A stretch of DNA of 64,000 nt from Nitrospirota bacterium (GTDB taxonomy: Bacteria > Nitrospirota > Thermodesulfovibrionia > Thermodesulfovibrionales > UBA6898), in contig JACRMT010000023.1 of the NCBI GenBank assembly GCA_016214855.1, forward strand, positions 19,509 through 83,508, written 5' to 3'. Position 1 is the stretch's first letter. Each line of letters opens with the position of its first letter. The notes below the pieces were generated by a model, which saw only the letters and a list, made by a program, of their open reading frames with translations, did not search any database and was not told the origin of the DNA. The position numbers and the translations under genes were made by a program. Shown here in pieces: positions 33,404 through 42,430 of this stretch.

Positions 33404-33919
33404 CTATTTTATAATATCAAAGGTCATCGAAGCGACTTCCACGTCGTCAATGTAGATCTTCCTGGTCCATTTCCCTGGGACTAATTCATATTCATAGCCT
33501 TTAACAAAAGACCAGGTAAAATGGCCTGAAGGATCATTACCTGCACTAACTATACGATCACGAACGCTTGTGGTAAGGGTCTCACCATTTGGCTGCTTTA
33601 TCGGCGGGTGATGCATGACGTTTTTCAACTTGAAGGGCCTGTCCGCCGGCAGATTCTGAAATTTTACCGTAACGCCCCAAATTTCATTCAGCCTGCAGGG
33701 AATAACTGCAGTTGTTTCAAAATGCTCGACATTTTTTCTCTTAATAATTACCCCGCCGCTGGTTTTATCACTGGTGGGGACTTCAGATGTCAACTCACCA
33801 GTATAGCGGCCATACGCTGTGATAGATGCAGTTGTTGGCTCTGCAGCGCAAAACGCTACAGTGTAAAGCAGGCTGCAACATAGCAATATGGCTACTATCC
33901 AACAGTTCCGGGACGTCAC
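33404..33919 (-). CDS. Secreted protein, DUF3859-like (paralogue, convergent)
   Basis: It has a signal peptide and the same core pattern (AYGRY...IPCRLNEIWGVTVKF...PGKWTRKIYID). Confidence 0.55.
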   Translation of the reverse strand: MTSRNCWIVAILLCCSLLYTVAFCAAEPTTASITAYGRYTGELTSEVPTSDKTSGGVIIKRKNVEHFETTAVIPCRLNEIWGVTVKFQNLPADRPFKLKNVMHHPPIKQPNGETLTTSVRDRIVSAGNDPSGHFTWSFVKGYEYELVPGKWTRKIYIDDVEVASMTFDIIK

Positions 33920-34105
33920 ATAAATATGTTAGCACATTTTGTTGTAGTAGATTTCCGGGCGCTTGGCCGAGCATTGCTGAAGCTCTCAGCCCTTGCAAGG
34001 CGCAAGGACAAGCTCGGATACGTCGCAGTGTCGAGCGCAACACAGTATACGGCCTTTTTCAAAGCTGAACTGTTCACTCTTCGCGGTTTAGCAGTATAAT
34101 AGGCT

Positions 34106-36235
34106 ATGTCTGAGACATTATCCCTAACCGGGCTCATCGACAAGGTCCGCTCTTATAGCCAGGATGCTGATTTTAATTCTGTTCAGCGGGCATATCATTT
34201 CTCGCGCGAGGCCCATTGCAGCCAAAAGAGAAGCGAAGGCTCGCCGTATATTAATCATCCCCTTGCTGTTGCCTATATCCTTGCTGACATGAGGATGGAC
34301 ACGCTTTCAATCGCATCCGGCCTGCTCCACGATACGGTTGAAGATGCTGAAGTTACGATGGATGACATCAAGGTCATCTTCGGCAAAGAGATAGCCTTTA
34401 TTGTAAAGGGCCTCACAAAGCTCGCCAAGGTCGAGTTCAGAACAAAGCAGGAGGCGCAGGCTGAAAACTTCAGAAAGATGCTGCTGGCCATGTCAGAGGA
34501 CATCCGCGTCATGCTCATCAAGTTCGCTGACAGGCTCCATAACATGCGGACACTTCAGTTTCTGCCTGAGGCCAAGCAGCAGCGTATCGCAGCTGAGACG
34601 CTTGAGATCTATGCGCCGATAGCGAACAGGCTTGGTATCGGATGGCTTAAGACCGAGCTTGAGGACCTGAGCTTCAAATATCTCATGCCCCAGCTATACG
34701 ATGATCTGGTCAGGAAAGTCGCAAAGCGCAGAGAAGAGCAGGAGGGGTATATAAAAGAGGTCGTTGCCCTGATCGAACAGCAGCTGAAAGAAGAGGAACT
34801 CCCGGGCAGGGTCAAAGGGCGGGTAAAACACTTTTACGGCATCTACCAGAAGATGCAGAAGCAGAGGATCACCTTTGATGAGATCCATGATGTCATAGGC
34901 GTCAGGATCATTACAGACACCAATGCCAATTGCTACGCTATCCTCGGCATTATTCACTCTCTCTGGACACCCATTCCGGGCAAATTCAAGGACTATATCG
35001 GCGTGCCCAAGTCGAACATGTACCAATCCCTTCATACTACGGTCATAGGCCCGAAAGGGGAGCGTGTCGAGTTTCAGATACGAACTGACGAGATGAATAA
35101 GGTTGCAGAACAAGGCATCGCCTCTCACTGGAAATATAAGGAAAAGGGAACCATTGACGAAAACAACAACAAGTATATTACCTGGCTCAGGGAATTGGTG
35201 CAGGTGCAGAAAGATGAACCGAATGCAGTCGATTTTCTGGAGGCCCTCAAGGGAGAGGTTGTGCCTGAGGTGGTCTATGTCTTCACTCCCAAAGGAGAGG
35301 TAAAAGAGATGCCACTCGGTTCAACACCGGTTGATCTTGCATACAGCATCCACACCCAGATAGGTCACAAGTGCGTCGGCGCAAGGATCAACGGCAAGAT
35401 CGTGCCTCTGAAATACAAGATGAGAAACGGCGATACGGTCGAGATCATCACCTCGCCTGCACATGGCCCGAGCAGGGACTGGCTCAAGTTTGTTGTCACA
35501 CAAAGGGCAAAGGCACGAATAAAACAGTGGATCAAGGCAGAAGAACGCACACAGAGCGTTGAACTCGGCATCAAGCTGCTTGAGAATGACTTCAGAAAAC
35601 ACGGCATGAGCCACGCGCTGATGAAATCAGATGAGATACTGGATGTAGCCAAGGCATTAGGCGTAGGCAATCTTGAAGAACTCTTTGTGGCTGTCGGCTT
35701 CGGCAAGATCACGCCGCATCAGGTGATCAACCGGCTCAGGCCGGAAAAAGAGGTTACCGAAGAAGAGGCAGTAAAGATCCGGAGGCCGGCAAAAGAACAT
35801 AAAGGCATCAGCATCAAGGGCATTGATGATATTCTCTACCATACGGGCAAGTGCTGTTTCCCTGTACCGGGCGACAGCCTTGTAGGCTTTGTCACGATCG
35901 GCAAAGGAGTTACGATCCACCGAAAGGACTGCCTGAACCTTGAAAGGCTTGCCATCGAAAATGCACGGCTCGTGGATGTTGAATGGCAGCCGTCAGCCCA
36001 AAGTATGGCAAACACCAAGCTTTATGTCGAGACCGTTGACAAGCCCGGCATTCTCGCAAATCTCAGCGTCCTCATCTCGTCACTCAATATCAATATCGTG
36101 CATCTTGAGGCATCATCGACCCAGGACAAGAAAGGCCATATAACCCTTGTCATTGAGGTTAAGGACCTTACGCAGCTCAAGTCGCTCATGCACAAGATCA
36201 CCCAGATGGAAGGCATTCTCCGGATCAGAAGATAG
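34106..36235 (+). CDS. relA: Bifunctional (p)ppGpp synthetase/hydrolase (RelA/SpoT homologue)
   Basis: The HD hydrolase motif is HPLAVAYILA...LLHDTVED. The synthetase motif is YQSLHTTV. TGS and ACT C-terminal domains are present. Confidence 0.95.
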   Translation: MSETLSLTGLIDKVRSYSQDADFNSVQRAYHFSREAHCSQKRSEGSPYINHPLAVAYILADMRMDTLSIASGLLHDTVEDAEVTMDDIKVIFGKEIAFIVKGLTKLAKVEFRTKQEAQAENFRKMLLAMSEDIRVMLIKFADRLHNMRTLQFLPEAKQQRIAAETLEIYAPIANRLGIGWLKTELEDLSFKYLMPQLYDDLVRKVAKRREEQEGYIKEVVALIEQQLKEEELPGRVKGRVKHFYGIYQKMQKQRITFDEIHDVIGVRIITDTNANCYAILGIIHSLWTPIPGKFKDYIGVPKSNMYQSLHTTVIGPKGERVEFQIRTDEMNKVAEQGIASHWKYKEKGTIDENNNKYITWLRELVQVQKDEPNAVDFLEALKGEVVPEVVYVFTPKGEVKEMPLGSTPVDLAYSIHTQIGHKCVGARINGKIVPLKYKMRNGDTVEIITSPAHGPSRDWLKFVVTQRAKARIKQWIKAEERTQSVELGIKLLENDFRKHGMSHALMKSDEILDVAKALGVGNLEELFVAVGFGKITPHQVINRLRPEKEVTEEEAVKIRRPAKEHKGISIKGIDDILYHTGKCCFPVPGDSLVGFVTIGKGVTIHRKDCLNLERLAIENARLVDVEWQPSAQSMANTKLYVETVDKPGILANLSVLISSLNINIVHLEASSTQDKKGHITLVIEVKDLTQLKSLMHKITQMEGILRIRR

Positions 36236-36249
36236 GCTTTTATTTTCCC

Positions 36250-36639
36250 CTAATTGCTGCTGTATTTTTTGAGCCAAATAACAGCCTGGTCAAAGTATGA
36301 TTTATTGGTTGCCAATTCGAGAGTGAAGTCTACGAGTCCCCTCTGTGAGGCTTTTAACACATGGCCGTTCATCTGCAGAAAAACTGCGGTTGATGTTATC
36401 GCTGTTCTCTTGTTCCCGTCAAGGAACGAATGGTTTTTTATAAGAGACTCGGCCAGGGCTGAGGCTTTATGGAATATAGTGGAATATAACTCCTCATTGT
36501 TAAAAACTGCCTGTGGCCGGGACACTGCAGATTCAAGAGTCAGTGAAGAAATGGGCAGTTATCGCAGGGCTGCGCCTTCTGCTCGTGCCTTTCTACGGCC
36601 TCGCGATTATCTTGGTAACCTTGCTATTTTGAGGGCCAT
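36250..36639 (-). pseudogene. Doc/Fic-family (death-on-curing) toxin frame with two in-frame TAA codons; the intact distal ORF is 36250-36525
   Basis: The distal ORF (GTG start) contains SRPQAVF...KASALAESLIKNHSFLDGNKRTA, the Fic/Doc motif. The same frame extends upstream to an ATG at 36639 but crosses TAA codons at 36559-36561 and 36607-36609. Confidence 0.6.
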
Positions 36640-36655
36640 CTGATAATTTTCCTTA

Positions 36656-37387
36656 ATGTATATCAATATGGGCAGATGGACTGAAAACGAACTGGACCGA
36701 AACATTTGCGAGGCAGCAAGAATTGCTGATCCCGAAGAGCGCATCGCCCTTCTTTCAGAATATTTTCTCAACACCCCCTATCAGGAATCGACTCTTATCG
36801 GCAGCGAGCGGGTTGAAGAGAAGCTTGTTGTGGACCTCAGCGGACTGGACTGCTTCACCTTTCTCGATTATGTTGAGGCGATGAGATTATCAAGGTCATT
36901 TTCAGACTTTCAGGATACACTTAAGCAGGTTAGATACAGAGGGGGCCTTGTCTCATACAGAACAAGGCACCATTTTTTTACTGACTGGGCTGCATACCGC
37001 TCTGCCTTTGTGAAAGATGCAACCATAGAGACAGGGCTGAATCAGGCTAAGAAAGTCCAAAAGACGCTGAATCGAGAAGATGACGGCACTCTTTTTCTGC
37101 AAGGCATAGATCCTGTTGAAAGAACAATTGCCTATATCCCCACAGACAAAATTGATGCGCCAATAATACAGAACCTGAAAACAGGAGACTATGCAGGCAT
37201 CTATTCAGACAAAGTTGGGCTCGATGTGTCTCATGTCGGGATCATTTTCAGGGCCGGCGCTTCTCTTTTCCTGCGGCATGCTTCCTCATCAACTGATCTT
37301 CGTAAAATAGTCGATCAGGATTTCATGCAGTATATGAAGGGCAAGCCTGGGCTGATCGTGCTGAGACCGTTACCGGAAAAAGCATGA
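36656..37387 (+). CDS. DUF1460 family protein (N-acetylmuramoyl-L-alanine amidase-like)
   Basis: LDCFTFLDYVEAM... and ...SHVGII... fit my recollection of the DUF1460 family. It is convergent with ampG. Confidence 0.6.
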   Translation: MYINMGRWTENELDRNICEAARIADPEERIALLSEYFLNTPYQESTLIGSERVEEKLVVDLSGLDCFTFLDYVEAMRLSRSFSDFQDTLKQVRYRGGLVSYRTRHHFFTDWAAYRSAFVKDATIETGLNQAKKVQKTLNREDDGTLFLQGIDPVERTIAYIPTDKIDAPIIQNLKTGDYAGIYSDKVGLDVSHVGIIFRAGASLFLRHASSSTDLRKIVDQDFMQYMKGKPGLIVLRPLPEKA

Positions 37388-37393
37388 ATATCT

Positions 37394-38635
37394 TCACGTT
37401 GCTATATGTGTGATTTCCTTCTTCAGGGCTATCAGCATTATGAGTCCGGGCACTGCGGTCAGCGTTGCTATGATGAAAAAAAGCGGCCAGCCGACCGATG
37501 CGGCAAGAAATCCTGAGGTCGGCGCAATAAAGATCCGGCCGAGGGATGCAAGAGATGACAGAAGCGCGTACTGTGTTGCACTGAACCGCTGATTGCAGAG
37601 TGCCATGAGAAGGGCAACAAAGGCTGCGGTTCCCATGCCGCCGGTAATATTTTCGAGGCCTACTGCCAGGATCATCACAACATAATTCTTGCCCATCCAT
37701 GCAAGAACGGTCATCGACAGGATCGAGACTGCCTGGAGGATGCCAAAATAAAGAAGCGAGCGAAACTGACCGAGCCTTACCATCAGCGCTCCCCCGAAGG
37801 TTGCGCCGATAATGAGAGCCACAAGCCCGAATCCTTTATTCACCGTGCCTACTTCCCCTGCAGTGAAGCCCATTCCCCTGATCAGAAAGACGGTTGTCAT
37901 GCTTCCTGCGTATGCGTCGCAGAGTTTGTATAACACAATGAGCAGCAGAAGCAGGAGTGCAGAGCGCCTTGCAAAAAAATCTTTCAGGGGGCCCCAGACA
38001 GCCTCTATAATGCTCCTTGGCGGGAGGATCTTCACTTCAGGTTCAGGGGCGAAAAGCGAGGTGAGCATGCCAATAACCATGAGGCTTGCCATCAACAGAT
38101 ATGTTGATCGCCATCCGATGCGTTCCGAAAGGATCATGGCAAGGGCGCCTGATACAAGCATGGCTACCCTGTACCCCGTGACAAAAACTGCTGCACCGAC
38201 ACCACGCTCCTGTTCTTTCAGAATATCTGTCCGGTATGCATCTACGACAACGTCCTGAGACGCAGACGTGAAGGCAACCCAGACAGCAAGAGCAGCGACA
38301 ATAACGGGGGAATCCTTTGGCGATAGAAAAGCCATTGCAGCTATGCCGAGCATAAGGAGAAACTGTGTTGTTATGATCCAGCCGCGGCGCCTGCCGAGCC
38401 AAGGCGGCACAAAGCGGTCCATAAAAGGAGACCAGAGAAATTTTATGGCGTACGGGGTACCGACAAGGGCAAAGATGCCGATGGTCTTAAGATCAACGCC
38501 TTCCACCGCCATCCATGCCTGGAGGGTTCCGCTGATAAGAGCAAGGGGAAGGCCTGATGAGAAGCCCAACAGCAGCATTATGCCGATTCGTCTGTTCTTG
38601 AAGACCTGAAGGTACTCTGAAAAACCTGCGCTCAT
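37394..38635 (-). CDS. ampG: AmpG-family muropeptide MFS permease
   Basis: MSAGFSEYLQVFKNRRIGIMLLLGFSSGLPLALISGTLQAWM matches the AmpG N-terminus, so I chose the ATG at 38635. The track ORF extends to 38797. Confidence 0.85.
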   Translation of the reverse strand: MSAGFSEYLQVFKNRRIGIMLLLGFSSGLPLALISGTLQAWMAVEGVDLKTIGIFALVGTPYAIKFLWSPFMDRFVPPWLGRRRGWIITTQFLLMLGIAAMAFLSPKDSPVIVAALAVWVAFTSASQDVVVDAYRTDILKEQERGVGAAVFVTGYRVAMLVSGALAMILSERIGWRSTYLLMASLMVIGMLTSLFAPEPEVKILPPRSIIEAVWGPLKDFFARRSALLLLLLIVLYKLCDAYAGSMTTVFLIRGMGFTAGEVGTVNKGFGLVALIIGATFGGALMVRLGQFRSLLYFGILQAVSILSMTVLAWMGKNYVVMILAVGLENITGGMGTAAFVALLMALCNQRFSATQYALLSSLASLGRIFIAPTSGFLAASVGWPLFFIIATLTAVPGLIMLIALKKEITHIAT

Positions 38636-38701
38636 GGCCTTTATATTATCAGGGATTCTTTTTTTCGTCTGCAGCGCACGCGCCATTCCGATGCAACCGC
38701 T

Positions 38702-40456
38702 ATGCATATTAGAGTCCCCGGCATTTGCGCGGGTAGCGCCAATGCGACTATGTGCTTGCAAAATAATGAAAAGCATGAGAATATCTATGTTATCCAACGA
38801 GTTACGAACGGGGAGGGTATATCACGATTGGTCAAGTCTAATCTACTGAGGGGAATTCTCCTGATATCACTCTGTTCGGTAGTGTTCCTTCCCGTCTATA
38901 CCCTCTTTTTTCTATATCCGTCCTTTGACAGGCTCCTGACCGAAAGGACAGAAGAAGAGGCTGCCCGTTTTGCAGCACATCTTGCTTCCCGGCTGATCCC
39001 CGTCAACAGCGGATTGACCAGAGAGGTGATAACTCCTGCCTTCAGGCAGGCGATAGAGCAGAGTGCAAAGGATATGCAGTTGGTAAAAGTGAAGGTATTT
39101 GCTCCCTCAGGAGAGATCATCTACTCCACCGATCCCAAAGACATCGGCGAGATAAACCGCAAGAAATATTTTATAGAGATCGTTGCCAGGGGCAGCAGCT
39201 ATACGCAGGTGGTGAAAAAGTCGTCGCAGTCTCTCGAGGGCCAGGTGATGAACACTGATGTTGTAGAGACCTATGTGCCTCTTATGGACGGACAACAGTT
39301 TGATGGCGCCTTTGAGCTCTACTACGATATAACGAAAAGCAGGGAAAAACTTGGCCGCCTTATTTCAAGGTCATCAGCAGTTGTGTTCGTTGTTGCCCTT
39401 TGTCTCCTGGTGGGGGTTGTTCTCAGTGCCGTAAATGCAAACCGAAGCATTCGCTCACGTGACAGCGCTGAAGAAGAACTGAGAAGACATCAGGATGATC
39501 TTGAGAAGCTTGTTGAAGAGAGGACCCGGGAGATCGTGAGGGCGCACCAGGAGATCGAAAAAGAGATGTTTGAGAAAAAGCAGGTGGAGGGCTATCTCCA
39601 GGACACTGAGGCAAAGTATCAATCGCTTGTGGAATCGACCGAGGATTCGATCTATCTCGTTGATAAGAGCTGTCGTTATCTTTTTATCAACAAGAAGCAT
39701 CTGAATCGGATGGGCCTGCTCCCTGATCAGGTCCTTGGCCATGATTACCAAGAATTTCACTCGCCTGAAGAGACATCAAAGTTCATGGAACATGTTAATC
39801 GGGTCTTTGAGACCGGAGATTCCGTCCAGAGCGAACACATGAGCAAGCGCGACAATAAATACTTTCTGCAGACCCTGAGCCCGGTAAAAGACCTATCCGG
39901 CAGCATTGTTGCCATAACGGTCATTTCGAAGGACATCAGTGACCGCAAGCGTATGGAAGAAGAGCTGCTGTCGCTGTCGCTGACCGATGAGCTTACCGGA
40001 CTGTATAACCGCAGAGGATTTCTTGCTCTGGCTGACCAGTATCTGAAGATCGTCAACCGCATGAAAAATAAAATATCGATCCTCTATGCCGACCTCGATG
40101 ATCTCAAGACCATCAACGATGTTTTTGGTCACAAGGAAGGCGACAGGGCAATAATCGAGGCAGCAGGTATTCTGCGGGAAACCTTCCGCGAATCTGACGT
40201 TGCTGCCAGGATCGGCGGCGACGAGTTCGTGGTCATGCCTGCGGTGATCAGCAATGCGTCGCTTGGGACAATCCTGGCGCGCCTGCATAACAATATCGCC
40301 CTGGTCAATGCCCGGGCCGGCAGAAGCTATCAGATTTCCATAAGTTATGGCATTGCGTATTATGATCCTGAAGAACCCTGCACGATCGAGGAACTTCTGG
40401 ATCGGGGTGACCGGATGATGTATGAGAACAAAAAAAGCAAGAACCACAGGGTCTGA
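38702..40456 (+). CDS. Diguanylate cyclase: membrane-anchored sensor region, PAS and GGDEF domains
   Basis: The GGDEF active site is RIGGDEF with the upstream DELTGLYNRRGF. A coiled-coil and a PAS domain precede it. The true start is probably internal, for example the TTG at 38828 after GGAGGG and before the TM helix LLRGILLISLCSVVFL. Confidence 0.85.
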   Translation: MHIRVPGICAGSANATMCLQNNEKHENIYVIQRVTNGEGISRLVKSNLLRGILLISLCSVVFLPVYTLFFLYPSFDRLLTERTEEEAARFAAHLASRLIPVNSGLTREVITPAFRQAIEQSAKDMQLVKVKVFAPSGEIIYSTDPKDIGEINRKKYFIEIVARGSSYTQVVKKSSQSLEGQVMNTDVVETYVPLMDGQQFDGAFELYYDITKSREKLGRLISRSSAVVFVVALCLLVGVVLSAVNANRSIRSRDSAEEELRRHQDDLEKLVEERTREIVRAHQEIEKEMFEKKQVEGYLQDTEAKYQSLVESTEDSIYLVDKSCRYLFINKKHLNRMGLLPDQVLGHDYQEFHSPEETSKFMEHVNRVFETGDSVQSEHMSKRDNKYFLQTLSPVKDLSGSIVAITVISKDISDRKRMEEELLSLSLTDELTGLYNRRGFLALADQYLKIVNRMKNKISILYADLDDLKTINDVFGHKEGDRAIIEAAGILRETFRESDVAARIGGDEFVVMPAVISNASLGTILARLHNNIALVNARAGRSYQISISYGIAYYDPEEPCTIEELLDRGDRMMYENKKSKNHRV

Positions 40457-40610
40457 TCGTCCGAACCCGGGTTATCTCTGCTGTGGTAATGCCCCCCTGA
40501 GTCGTTCACTCCTTATATCTTTTCATTGCTGCGGGATATGATCCAGCTCATTTTCTCCTGCTGTCGGACATGAGATACTATGGCAAAAGTGAAACTGTGG
40601 GGAGGGAACA

Positions 40611-41312
40611 TTGCATAAATATTTCCTGAAAGAATACGGGTCGTGGGGTGTCATGACGATGGCCTACCTGTCCGGACTTATCGCCGCCCGTCATATCAAC
40701 ATTAATGCGTTGGCAGGTTTTCTTTCCCTTGCGCTTTTGATCAATGCCAAACAGGCTGTTACGATCTGGATGAGAACAGCGGCAAAAGAGAGAATTGAGC
40801 CGGGGACTATCGTTATCATGCATATCCTTTGTGCTTCCGTTCTCCTCTACCCGCTCTATAACAATCACGGACTTCTTCAGCTTCTCCCTTATGCTGCCTT
40901 TCCTGCGGCTTATCTTCTGTCTCTGCGATTTCTGGGAGAACATGCCATCGCTACCGAGGTGCTCGGCTTTATCCTTCTGTCACTCGCTGCCCTGGTTGCA
41001 AAGGCCATTGTCGGCAGCGGTCTTGATCCGAGCCTCTTTATCGTTGTTGCGGTCTTCTTTGTTGCAGGGGTCTTCCGCGTGCGCTTACAGCTCAAGAAAA
41101 AAATGCTTTACCGGATACTCCTGTTCTGTTACGTTGGGACTGCAGCCGTGCTTTTTTATCGTGTGGGATATCGCATATTCGTACTCCTGCCGCTCATCGA
41201 TAATATGGTCTTTGCCTTGACCATGTACCGGGTTGGACTGCAGACGACCGGATGGATCGAGATGGCAAAAGGCTTTCTGTTCCTGCTGCTCCTGACTGTC
41301 TTCGGCTACTGA
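40611..41312 (+). CDS. YwiC-like integral membrane protein
   Basis: It has a TTG start after GGGGAGGGA. The N-terminal KEYGSWGVMTMAYLSGL resembles the YwiC family motif, and there are about 8 TM helices. The assignment is from memory. Confidence 0.5.
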   Translation: MHKYFLKEYGSWGVMTMAYLSGLIAARHININALAGFLSLALLINAKQAVTIWMRTAAKERIEPGTIVIMHILCASVLLYPLYNNHGLLQLLPYAAFPAAYLLSLRFLGEHAIATEVLGFILLSLAALVAKAIVGSGLDPSLFIVVAVFFVAGVFRVRLQLKKKMLYRILLFCYVGTAAVLFYRVGYRIFVLLPLIDNMVFALTMYRVGLQTTGWIEMAKGFLFLLLLTVFGY

Positions 41313-41950
41313 TAAACAGCAGCGGTGATCTCTTTCTGCGGGATTATCCCCTGCCGCATAATCCTGATCTCCGAACCGGTCACATCAACAATGGTGGAAG
41401 GAATATGCCCGGGTGTCTTTCCAGCATCGACGACTGCGCATATCGAGTTGCCAAAATAGTCCATGATCCTGTCGGCAGTTTCCGCAGGAGGCATACCGGT
41501 GATATTAGCGCTTGTTGCGGTGATAGGGTAGTCGAGATGTCTGGCAAGGTCAAGAGCAAAGGACTTACCCGGGACGCGGACGGCTACCTTGCCGGTGCCG
41601 GCGGTAATATAAGGAGAGAGATTGCCGCAAGCCTCAAAAATAAGGGTGAGGGGACCAGGCCAGAATTTTCCCATGAGCCTTTCCGCGGCAGACGATATTG
41701 CAGGGGTAAGAAGAGTCAGAAGCCCGGTTCTGCCGATAATGAGCGGCATAGCCTTGTCCCGGGGCCGCTGCTTTATATGGTAAAGCCTTTCAAGAGCTTC
41801 TCCCTGATCATATTTTACTCCCAGACCGTAAAAAGTCTCGGTAGGATAGGCGATGATCTCTGCACTATCCAGCAGTTGTCGCAGACGCACGACGGCGTTA
41901 TCCATGCCTGATTCAGATAACCTGATGATCTCCATGGGAGATGGTAGCAC
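41306..41950 (-). CDS. tsaC: L-threonylcarbamoyladenylate synthase (TsaC/YrdC/Sua5 domain)
   Basis: IIAYPTETFYGLGV...IKQRPRDKAMPLII...WPGPLTLI is the family signature. Confidence 0.9.
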   Translation of the reverse strand: MLPSPMEIIRLSESGMDNAVVRLRQLLDSAEIIAYPTETFYGLGVKYDQGEALERLYHIKQRPRDKAMPLIIGRTGLLTLLTPAISSAAERLMGKFWPGPLTLIFEACGNLSPYITAGTGKVAVRVPGKSFALDLARHLDYPITATSANITGMPPAETADRIMDYFGNSICAVVDAGKTPGHIPSTIVDVTGSEIRIMRQGIIPQKEITAAVYQ

Positions 41951-41986
41951 AGCCCTGTCATCTTTAGGAAGTTCCGCAATAATTCC

Positions 41987-42015
41987 TTGACAAAAGCTCG
42001 GGCATTAGGCATATT
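41987..42015 (+). promoter_or_regulatory. Candidate sigma-70 promoter of the RRM protein gene
   Basis: TTGACA, then 17 nt, then CATATT. This leaves a leader of roughly 55 nt before the ATG at 42076. Confidence 0.45.
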
Positions 42016-42075
42016 TAGGCTATCCTGTGACAGCATCTGTTGGTGCTCAGGAGGTTTATATCGTTAGGAGGAAGC

Positions 42076-42387
42076 ATGGGTACGAGACTGTATGTTGGGA
42101 ACATCTCATTCAGGGCGACAGAGGAAGACCTGCAGAACCATTTTGCGCAGGCAGGTGAAGTGGCAAACGTAAAATTGATCAAGGACAATGCCACAGGCAG
42201 GCTGAGAGGGTTCGGCTTTGTTGAGATGGTCTCTGATGAGGACGGCCAGAAGGCGATCTCCATGTTCAATGGTCAGCAGTTCATGGAGCGTGCAATCGTC
42301 GTGAACGAGGCAAAGCCTATGGAGAAAAGAGAAGGCGGATTCAGGCAGAGGTCCGGCGGCAGAGGCGGCTCAAGAGACAGAGACTAG
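42076..42387 (+). CDS. RRM-type RNA-binding protein with an Arg/Gly-rich tail
   Basis: RNP2 is LYVGNI and RNP1 is RGFGFVEM. The C-terminus is GGFRQRSGGRGGSRDRD. I chose the ATG at 42076 after AGGAGGAAG. Confidence 0.9.
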   Translation: MGTRLYVGNISFRATEEDLQNHFAQAGEVANVKLIKDNATGRLRGFGFVEMVSDEDGQKAISMFNGQQFMERAIVVNEAKPMEKREGGFRQRSGGRGGSRDRD

Positions 42388-42430
42388 ACCATCCGGGCAG
42401 TATCAGAGTTAAGGCAGCCTGATCAGCTCT

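Noticed and set aside
36254-36643. A 129-aa plus-strand ORF opposite the doc remnant.
   Set aside because: It is antisense to a frame carrying the unmistakable HxFxDGNKR Fic/Doc motif, and it has no RBS or recognisable motif.
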